Source: Octopus vulgaris (lineage: Eukaryota). Taken from it: a stretch of 64,000 nt of DNA. Positions 53,712 to 64,000 of the stretch are shown here, in pieces. The stretch covers positions 25,916,001 through 25,980,000 of the forward strand of contig OX597827.1 in NCBI GenBank assembly GCA_951406725.2, given 5' to 3'. The stretch's first letter is position 1, and the number at the start of each line of letters is the position of its first letter. A model generated the notes under the pieces. The model saw only the letters and a list, made by a program, of their open reading frames with translations, did not search any database and was not told the DNA's origin. The translations under genes were made by a program, and so were the position numbers.

Positions 53712-55214
53712 AAGTGGGGGGAAATATATATTCGTACATGTGAAAATTCTTTATTTATTTAATTTCTAATGAACATAAATGGGATATACCAATACTATAT
53801 TTGCATACACAAGCATAAACTAAGAATATGTAGAAAAAAACTAATAAATTATAGTAACTAAGGAATATTCAATTATAAATATTTAGGGGTGAAAAATTAT
53901 TCGTACAAAACATAAATAACTGATAATTCTGATTTAATACTTCGTAGCATAACCATTATTCAGTTCTACTTCAACCAATGTCTTCTTGTAGTTCTTAATC
54001 AATGACTCGCATGTTTCTTTAGGAATTTTTTTCCATTCTTCTCTACAAATTTTCTTCAAATCTGTAATGTATGTTGGGGCTCTTGAATGAATTTTCATTT
54101 TCAAATAACGCCACAAATTTTCAATGGGGTTCAAGTCAGGTGACTGGCATGGCCATTCTAATAATTTTATATTCTGATCGACAATCCATATTTTGGTCGA
54201 CTTCGCCGTGTGCTTATGGTCGTTACCCTATTGTAAAACCCACCCTGCACAAAGCTGGAACTTTTCTACAGAGTCCCATAAATTATATGTCGGTACTTCT
54301 CTGCAGTCATTCTACCATCTATCACATGTAAATTGCCAGTACCATTTGTAGAGAAATACTCCCACACCATGATGTTGCCACCTCCAAACTTTACGGTAGG
54401 AATTGTGTTTTTCCTCCAAACATGCTTACGCGAATTTCGTCCAAACAATTCAATTTTCGACTCGTCTGTCCATAGAACATTTTCCCAGAATGTATCAGAT
54501 TTATCTTTATGTTCATAAACAAATTTTAAACGGGCATCTCTATGCCTTTTAGTCATCAGTGGGTTTTTCTAGGAGAGCGTGACTTCAGTTCATTCCTATG
54601 AAGTTCATTGCTGATTGTTCGTAGTGTAACACTAGTCCCTGAAGCTAACAAATCTTCTTGCAACTCCTTTCTGGTGATCATTGCGTTTTTTTCCCGATTC
54701 TTCGCTTCATTTTTATTAAAGATCTAGGAGGAAATCTTGCGTGGTGCACCGGATCTTATTGTTTTCAATCATGTAACTTTTACCTGCTTTCCATTGCTCA
54801 ATAATTAAACTTTTCACTGAATTTGTGAGTTCTTTACTTTTCGCCATTATTACAATACTACTTTATGTTGTCTCAGTGCTGAATGAAGAAGCTAGTGTTT
54901 TGACACTTAAAACTGACCACTGATAAGATTATTGGAAAAAACGAGAAAATTTTTGTAAAAAAAAATTATTTTGACATTATTTTGTGGCATAGAAAATCAT
55001 AAATTTATTCTGTACGGATACTTTTTTCACCCCTAAATATTTATAAATGTATACAAATTCATTAGTTACTATAATTTATTAGTTGTTTTTTTTTGCATAT
55101 TCTTAGTTTATGCATGTGTATGCAAATACAATATTGGTATATCCCATTTATGTTAATTAGAAATTAAATAAATGAAGAATTTTGACATGTACGAATGCTT
55201 ATTTCCCCCCACTG
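53712..55214 (-). mobile_element. Full-length decayed Tc1 (DD34E, IR/DR type) transposon, ~1.5 kb
   Basis: ~200-bp TIRs (53712-53908 / 55011-55214) ending CAGTGGGGGGAAATA (left C->A), inner and outer direct repeats GGGG.GAAA....ATTCGTACA, TA flanks. Confidence 0.95.
53934..54850 (-). pseudogene. Tc1 transposase, frameshifted
   Basis: VLWTDESKIELFG, PTVKFGGGNIMVW, NDHKHTAKST, SPDLNPIENLW, NNGYATKY. Confidence 0.94.
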
Positions 55215-55218
55215 TATA

Positions 55219-55547
55219 TATTTCAGCGCTTTCTTCCGTTATCAGATTTATCTAAAAAGTGGTTTACAGTAAGTTTGCTTCACCTTTTTACATAAAATTG
55301 AAAATGATGATGTCTTAGAAACAGGAGAAAGAGGGTGAGGAGGAGGAGAGAGATGGGGAAAGGAGGAATAAATTAAAAAGGAAGGTACATATTCCTTTCT
55401 AATATGTTCCTCCCCTTCCCCTCCCTCTCTCCTCTCTCCTCTTCCTTTCTAGAAATCACCAGTTTCAATTTTATATAAAAAGGTGACGCATACTTCTGTA
55501 AACCACTCTTTTGATAAATCCATTAACGGAAGAAAGTGTTAAAAATG
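55219..55547. mobile_element. Foldback element with ~160-bp inverted arms
   Basis: CTTTCTTCCGTTA/TAACGGAAGAAAG, AGTGGTTTACAG/CTGTAAACCACT, ATAAAATTGAAA/TTTCAATTTTAT, purine and pyrimidine inner arms. Confidence 0.85.
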
Positions 55548-55580
<33 letters not shown>

Positions 55581-55876
55581 CATCCAACAAGTAGCTAGAT
55601 GAATATAGATATAAATATGCGCCTGTGTCTCTGCGTATGTGTTACCTTCTTCACCACTAGACAACCGGTGTTGATTTGTTTACATCACCGTAACCTAGCA
55701 CTTCGGCAAAGGCAACCGATGGACAATGTACCAAGCTTAAAAATAATATGCACGGGGGTTCACTCCCTCGACTGAAATTCTTCCGGGTGGTACCCCACCA
55801 TGGGTACCATCTGATCTCTGAAACAAGTAACACATAAAAGACATCTTTCGCATGTCTTTAAGCTTTTAGACATTCC

Positions 55877-56094
55877 ACTCTTTTACTCTTTTTCTCGTTT
55901 CAGTCATTTGATTGTGGCCATGCTGGTGCACCGCCCTTAGTCGAGCAAATCGACCCCAGGACTTATACTTTGTAAGCCTAGTACTTATTATATCGGTCTC
56001 TTTTGCCGAACCGCTAAGTGACGGGGACGTAAACACACCAGCATCGGTTGTCATGGGATGTTGGAGGGACACAGACACACAAACACACACACAT

Positions 56095-56127
<33 letters not shown>

Positions 56128-56298
56128 CGTATATACGACAGCCTTTTTCAGTTTCCATCTACCAAATCCACTCACAAGGATTTGGTCGGCCCGAGGCTAC
56201 AGTAGAAGACACTTGCCCAAGGTGCCACGTAGAAGGACTGAACCCACAACCATGTGGTTGGTAAGCAAGCTACTTACCACACAGCCACTCCTGCGCCT
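55877..56298 (-). mobile_element. SINE family A, full length
   Basis: Reverse-complement match. Confidence 0.93.
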
Positions 56299-56749
56299 GT
56301 TGTATAAAATATTCTTGAATTCCACGTAATTCTTGGCTTTCGCACGGCACCAGTAAAAAATTCACGACGTTCCAGTTAGGAATTCATGCATATTTTTGTA
56401 TGTAGAGGCGACGTCGTCATCATAAATACATCGATATTTATAAATGTGTCGGCAACGAATGCATATTTAAACTCACTGCAAGAATGGCTGCGTACATAAA
56501 GCTGTGTCAATGAAACGTTCATTCCACATCGCTACTTGTACGTTTTAGGAATACGTTTGGGAAGTTTTATGTTTGATACTGTTCCTTTAAACTAGGAATA
56601 TCAACATTTCTACCTTTATAAGACTCCGTTCACCTGCTCTTGGAAGTATCTAATTAAACATTAAACCGTTCTCAGTCATCCTTACATCTCACCCACCTAC
56701 ATACAGATTCTGTTTCAGAATTCTTTAAATTATTCATTCTCAAAGTCTC

Positions 56750-57155
56750 ATTCATTCTCTATTCATTCTCTATTTCTCAATCTCTCCTTCTCTCTCTCTA
56801 TCTCTCTCTCTGTTTTCTTTTTTTGGTTTCTTTCTCCATCACTTGGTCTCTCTCTCTCGCCGTTGCTCTGTCTGTCTCCGTCTCTCTCTCAGTTGCTATA
56901 TCATTCTCTTTCGCTCCCTCTCTCCTTCACCCTCTCTCTATTTCTCGGTTTCTTTCTCCGTCGCTTGGTCTCTCTCTCTCTCTCTCTCTGTTGCTCAGTC
57001 TATCTCCGCCTCTCTCTCTCTCTCTCTCTCTCTCTGTTTATGTATCTTTCTCTTTTGATCTCTCTCTCTCTCTCTCCCTTGCTCTGTCTCCATCACTTTC
57101 TTTGTCTCTGTATATTTCTCTTTCGATCCCTCTCTCCCCCTCTCTCTCTCTCTCT
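56750..57155. repeat. Degenerate (CT)n polypyrimidine tract
   Basis: Directly visible. Confidence 0.92.
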
Positions 57156-57852
57156 GTTATTACAGCCAACTACCAAGAATTCTACAATTCCTCTTAATAT
57201 CAACCATTTTAAATTACTCTTTATAGTTTTCTCTCTGAAAATTCCCCCACCGTTTCCCCCCTCCTTTCTTGCTTTATTCTCAATGTTCTTTTCTACAGAA
57301 CCATATTTGTTTTTGTGTAATTGCGAATTAACTTCTGCCAAATGTTAGAAAATTCGGAAGAGTGAAATCTGTTGCTCACTTCTCTATAATGACTGGTATT
57401 TAGCCTTTCCGTGATGGCGTTAATCATATGAAATACTAGAACGTTCTCTCACTTTCTCTTTCACTTTCTCTTTCTCGGTCTCCCCCTATCACTCTCCCTC
57501 TCTCTTTCCCATTCTCTCTCTTATCTCATTCATTTTCTTTCTTTTTATTTCTCGTGTAAGCAATCCTACCCTATCTATATTCTCTATCCTTGATTCACAT
57601 GGCAATGTACGGCAACTACAAATTATAGAGCATCTGGTCGTAGTTACCGAATGTGTTGGGAACATATCGGCAAACATTTTGACACGAATCTGTAAAATTA
57701 CTCCTTTCATTTTACTCTCACGAAATGTATTATAATACTAAACTCTTTATAAATGGTACATATACATATATGAATATTTACACACACATAGACGCCCACA
57801 CACATAGTATATCACATTCATATATATATATATATATATATATACATACATA

Positions 57853-58404
57853 CAAGAGGGTGAGTCAAAAAGTATTGCCATTTTGTTTAGGCCAAGTATA
57901 ATTACCAGCACAGGAACATGTATCATACATCAAAATGAAGCTGGTCTTCTGTGGATCACATCCTTACTTCTAATCATAGCCACCGTTTCTCTCAATGGCA
58001 ATGTTCCACCTTCAAATGAGAGCATGTACACCTGTCCCGTAAAATTCTGTTGAATGTTCTTTGGGACACTTTTTCACTACTTCCTCATCACTAGATTTAG
58101 CGCCTTCAGACTATCATCTCTTCGGTCCCATGAAAGAGGGTTTGAGAGACAAATATAATATTATTCCAGTGATGAGGAAGTGAAAACTGTAGTGAAGAAC
58201 TGGCTCAAAAAACAGTCACCAGAATTTTACGGGGCAGGGTTACATGCTCTCATTCGAAGGTGGAACATTGCTATTGAAACGGTGACTACTTTGAGAAATA
58301 GGGATGTGACCCACAGAAGACCAGCTTCATTTTGATGAATGATATATGTTCCTGTAATTATAACTGTCCTAAACAAAATGGCATTACTTCTCGACTCACC
58401 CTCG
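57853..58404. mobile_element. Mariner-derived MITE built from two inverted 3' ends
   Basis: Termini GAGGGTGAGTC/GACTCACCCTCG + TA, ~200-bp arms. 58094-58301 encodes DLAPSDYHLFGPMKEGL...EVKTVVKNWL...RRWNIAIE..GDYFEK*. Confidence 0.92.
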
Positions 58405-58420
58405 TATATATATATATATA

Positions 58421-58454
<34 letters not shown>

Positions 58455-58472
58455 ACAAATGGTTGGTTGTCA

Positions 58473-58530
58473 TAATAAAACTCAGAGTTTCGGATACCGG
58501 AAATCCCCTCCGGGATCTCATCAGTTATTA
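58473..58530 (-). ncRNA. Type-I hammerhead ribozyme, intact core
   Basis: TAATAA-CTGATGA-GAT-C-CCGGA-7nt-TCCGG-T-ATC-C-GAAA-CTCTGAG-TT-TTATTA. 6-bp helix I, GUU site. Confidence 0.85.
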
Positions 58531-58873
58531 AGACAAAACGCTATGAAAAGAAAACCGTTAAATAAAGGGAAATTACTCCAATAGGCATAGTGAAAGTAAT
58601 ATTTCATTCATAGGATCTGCATATGCACATATACACAGACACATCTACATGTACGCACACATACACATGTATGCATATATATCTATATACATACTCACAC
58701 ACGCGTGTACATATGCTTACAAACACACATATATACATATATGTCAACATATACACGCACATCACACGCAAATATACTCATGCACGCATAACAACGCTGA
58801 AATATGCATCCCTACACGCAGACACACATACATAGGCGGATATACAATAACGTATATATATATATACAATAAC

Positions 58874-58937
<64 letters not shown>

Positions 58938-58939
58938 CT

Positions 58940-59297
58940 TATTACAGTCATTTGACAGTAGCCAACTGCCGGTCCGTCTTGAAGTGTTTATTAAGATCTC
59001 GTAGTTATGTTCTTGGTCATTTGTGCCGTACCGCCACCTGACGGAGACAAATGTAAAACAAACACTTAGATATATACAAATGTAAGCCGCAGATATATAC
59101 ATATATAAACGTAGATATGTACATAAATGAACCGCAGGCTTCTTTCAGGTTCCGTCTATCAAATACAGGCAGAAAGTTTCGCTTAATGCAGATATTTACC
59201 AGAAAACACCCACCGAAGGTGTCACACAGTGGGGCTAAACCCAAGACCACATATTTGGGAAGCAAGCTTCTAATCCACGTAGCAACGCCTGCGCCTA
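58940..59297 (-). mobile_element. SINE family A, diverged
   Basis: CAGTCATTTGAC, GCTTCTTTCAG.TTCCGTCTA, GGGAAGCAAGCTTC..ACGCCTGCGCCT. Confidence 0.75.
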
Positions 59298-59415
59298 CTT
59301 ATTTATTTAAGGAAATATATATCTGACTGTATATTGGTGTCACGTGATATTGTGATATCACGTGATCACGTGATCAACCATTGATCATACGATATCGAGT
59401 AATAACAGGATCAAC

Positions 59416-59738
59416 CATTGGTTCTCAACCGACGCCCACGTGGTCCCTGAGGGCCCATTTAAGATTTTTAGGGGTCCGCGCAGGAAAATATCAATCTGGT
59501 GTTTCACACCAGTATTTTAAGGGACCCTGAAAAATATCTTGCTTTTGATGTATTGGAATACATACTGCTAGGTTTCTTTCTCTGACATTCTACACAAGTT
59601 AATGGGTGAAAGCTAAATGGGAATTTTGAAAGAAGTTTCTATAAAACTAGTTCTTAAAGTTCGAATCGTTATGGGGATTCACCAGAATAAAATTAAAATC
59701 AAAGGGGTCCATAGATAGATAATAGCTGAGAACCCCTA
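59416..59738. mobile_element. hAT/Charlie-like MITE (smaller remnant at 59879-59955)
   Basis: Imperfect TIRs CATTGGTTCTCAACC / AGCTGAGAACCCCTA with subterminal GGGGTCC motifs; no clear TSD. Confidence 0.6.
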
Positions 59739-60089
59739 AAGTTTAGATGTATGTATTAGCATGTATTGTGAGAAACAGTTAGATTTCTTTCTCTACATAG
59801 TTCTGCCTACAATAGTGAATGTGTGAAAAACAAAATAAGCATTTTGAAAAACGTCTCTATGAAACTGTTTTTAAACATCCAGTGGCTATGAGGGGTTCAT
59901 CAGAATAAAAGAACAATAAAAGGGATCCATAGATATAAATGGTTGAGAATTCCTGGACAAGACTATTGGATGTTGTTATGCATCGCTTGTCCCAATACGC
60001 CTTGCATCCTGTTAGCTTTCGAATGGCGCCACCATGCTGGTTAGCCGAGGAGACCGACATTCTCCTTTATGGAAAGGATATTCCATCAT

Positions 60090-60210
60090 TTACAGCTGAG
60101 TGGGCTGTAGCAACGTGAAACGTAATGTTTTGCTCCAGGGTACACCGCACCACTCGATCCCATGATATAGTGATCGTGTATGCAACACCGTAACCACCAG
60201 GCCACGCGCA
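60090..60210 (-). mobile_element. SINE family C fragment
   Basis: CAGCTGAGTGGGCTG.AGCAACGTGAAAC...TAACCACCAGGCCACGCG. Confidence 0.75.
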
Positions 60211-60242
60211 CTCAGATGCATATATCTTATTTTTTTAACCAT

Positions 60243-60634
60243 TATACTTGTTTCAGTCATTTGACTGCGGCCATGCTGGAGTACCGCCTTTAATCGAACG
60301 AATCGACCACAGGACCTATTCTTTTTAAGCTTAATACTCATTCAATCAGTTTCTTCTACAGAACCGCTAAGGTACGGGGATGTATACACACCAATATCAG
60401 TTGTCAAGCGACGGTAGCGGGGACAAACACAGACACATACATATGCATACACACACACACTCATGTATAAGACGGCCTTCTTTTATCTTCCGTCTGCTTT
60501 ATCCACTCACAAGGATTTGGTTGGCCCGAGGCTATATAAGAAGACACATGACCAAGGTGCCACGCAACGGGACTGTACCCGGAAACATGTGGGTGAGAAC
60601 CAAGCTTCGTATCACACACCCGGGCCTGCGCCTA
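60243..60634 (-). mobile_element. SINE family A, full length, diverged
   Basis: Reverse-complement match. Confidence 0.88.
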
Positions 60635-61054
60635 TACGTGGCAGTGATTTTGTTCGCAGGTCTGTAAATGCAGCTCCTACTTACAGACATTTAAATTCAT
60701 GGATTAAATTCGCTCAATCGAGGAACTGTACTGTCCCAGTAATGTTAACCACGCGCAAATGATCTCTCTCAATTTCTTTCCCTCTCTATTCATCTCTCTC
60801 AATCTCTCTTTCTCTATCTCTCGCTCGCTCGCTCCCTTGCTCTGCTAAAACAGAATTAAATAAAAACGTGAGCTGGTCCAAGACAGAGAAAAATTATCCC
60901 TCCCCATGTAAAAATGAAGATTCATCGAAATTCGATAGGAACATTATGCGGAGAGCAGAGAGAAAAGCGTAAAGCATTAATTATTTCTTATAGCGAGATC
61001 TCTTCGTGATAGCATTGAGAAAGAGAAATAATTAGGTAGCTAGTAAAGAGGTGT

Positions 61055-61257
61055 TAATAATAATAACAATAATAATAATAATAATAATAAGGCTAATAAT
61101 AACAATAATAATAATAATAATAATGATAATAAAAATAATAATAATATTAATAATCATAACAATTATTATTATAGTAACTGCAGTAAAAATAATAATAATG
61201 ATAACAATAATAACAATAATAATAATAATAATAATGATAATAACAATAACAATAATG

Positions 61258-61310
<53 letters not shown>

Positions 61311-61564
61311 GATAATAACAATAAAAATAATAATAAGAAGAAGAAGACGAAGAAGTGAACAATAAAAATAAATAATAATAATAATAATGATAATAATAAT
61401 AATGATAATGATGATGATGATGATAATAATAATAATAATAATAATAACAACAACAACAATAATAAAAATAATAGTATTATCTATTATTATTATTATCGTC
61501 ATTATTATTATTATTATTATTAGTGGTGGTGGTAGTAGTAGTAGCAGCAGCAGTAGAAGTAAAT

Positions 61565-61595
<31 letters not shown>

Positions 61596-61618
61596 CAGCA
61601 GTAATAGTAGTAGTAGTA

Positions 61619-61707
<89 letters not shown>

Positions 61708-61760
61708 AAGAAGAAGAAGAAGAAGAAGGAGAAGAAGAAGATGAAGAAGAACAATAATAA
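61055..61760. repeat. Large compound trinucleotide array (TAA/GAT/TTA/TAG/AAG)
   Basis: Directly visible. Confidence 0.97.
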
Positions 61761-62055
61761 TCTTGATAATGATACAGCTGAGCTGAAGGAAATAGTTGCT
61801 CGACCTTCATTTTATCTTATTTTGTTTGTTTTCTTTTTTTATCTTTCTTTTCTCGATCTGCTGAAACTGTTATAGATTTATCGGTTAGCTTTTGGCAAAA
61901 ATGAGTTTGGTGGCTTAGAAGATATTGTAGGTTATTTTGTATTAATAACCATATCTAAAATTGGCGTGCTGCTTGCACTAAAAGCCAGTAATCATGGAGA
62001 TACACACAGTCTCTGAGATTATTCTTGAATATATTGATGGGAAAAGTGCGCGCAT

Positions 62056-62088
<33 letters not shown>

Positions 62089-62204
62089 TAAATGTGAGGA
62101 GGGGATATGAGAGTTAAGTAACGTAGTCTTGAAATAACATACACCATTTACTCTCATCGATTGACACACCTCCTATTGGCTAAACACCAGCGTGATCATT
62201 ATAG

Positions 62205-62915
<711 letters not shown>

Positions 62916-63090
62916 AGCAGTACTATTTATGCGAATTAGAAATTTCTCAACAGAATTTTTAGAATTTCCATTTTTGAAACAATATTCGTGACCACCAAAC
63001 AACGCACAAACACAAGCACGATTGCACACACGCATACACAATACATAAATGTACATAGATGCATACACAAACGTTTATATACATATATAC

Positions 63091-63127
<37 letters not shown>

Positions 63128-63430
63128 TATATAATTTCTGTATGCATCTATGTATATATATATAGGCGCAGGAGTGGCTGTGTGGTAAATAGTTTGCTAA
63201 CCTACTTCCCATGGGTCTTTGTTGTCAGTGTACGCATGCGTCATTGTGTTGTGCACTGAAGAAGATAGCCGCAGTGTTTAGCCTGCCAAAAAGAAGCTGC
63301 TGCAAGGTAGGACTTTTGTCTCTTGGGTCCAGTGGGGGTTGTTGTCTGTGGTTATAATTTTTACAAAAAATGAGTCCTCACTGGATTCAAAATGTTGGTC
63401 TGCTTGCGGTGCAGCAATACTGTTCAAATC

Positions 63431-63707
63431 AAGTGAAAAGTTTTTGTCTCATTGTGAGAAGTACAGTTTTGGTGCGTATCCTTCAACCAAAAGTTGTTCA
63501 CTTTTAATAGTGTATGTTTTTACAACAACGTTTACCATTAATTGGAAAGCTGTATTTCAAGTGTTCACATTAAGTGAAAAGTGTTTCTCATTGTGAGAAG
63601 TATAGTTTGGTGGCGTATCCTGCCACCAAAAGTCGTTCGCTGTTTTTTAAATAGTGTGTATTTGTGCAACTATGTTTACCAATAATTGGAAAGCTGTATT
63701 TCAAGTG
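63431..63707. repeat. Two-copy ~142-bp tandem repeat
   Basis: AAGTGAAAAG...CTCATTGTGAGAAGTA...AATTGGAAAGCTGTATTTCAAGTG starting at 63431 and 63572. Confidence 0.9.
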
Positions 63708-64000
63708 GAGCATTCAAGGTTTTAAACGAAGTTCCATAGCGCTTGGAGTACCTGAATACCCAGAAGATATTTTACTGTATTTTTTTGAACTGTTGTTTTC
63801 TTCTTCTTTTGTGACTTTCTTATTGAATTGTTTGTTCTTTTTTTCTTTTTCCCTTTTCTTTCCTTTTGATTGCACTCTTTTCTTTTTGAAATTTGTGAAA
63901 TATTGTTTTGGACTTTTTTTACTTTTTGATTTAAAACATGGCAAAAAAATACGGATAAGATTGTAGAGTGGCAGATTGTCTTTAAGAGTGGCTCACACAG

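Overview
AT-rich, microsatellite-saturated eukaryotic intronic/intergenic DNA. The SINE families look like those I recall from Octopus, but that assignment is inferred and not verified. No intact host gene is supported; nearly all listed ORFs are translations of (TA)n, (CA)n, (TAA)n, (TAG)n, (CAT)n or (AAG)n tracts. The window holds ~30 copies or fragments of four tRNA-derived SINE families, decayed RLE-type (R4/Dong-like) LINE fragments stacked in (TAA)n tracts, RTE and Tx1/L1-like fragments, a full-length dead mariner, a full-length dead IR/DR Tc1, a DD37D-like transposase fragment and several foldback/MITE elements. The main hidden signal is a dense set of type-I hammerhead ribozyme motifs: 9 recognisable cores plus 3 partial ones, from several unrelated sequence families. 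They sit in short non-coding elements, mostly beside (TA)n tracts, with Penelope/retrozyme-style partial-tandem or inverted ends. One is fused to a tRNA-like Pol III head (a ribozyme-tailed SINE) and one lies in a 429-nt unit carrying a splice-flanked ATG micro-exon. All folds were paired by eye and none is tested for activity. Element boundaries are approximate.
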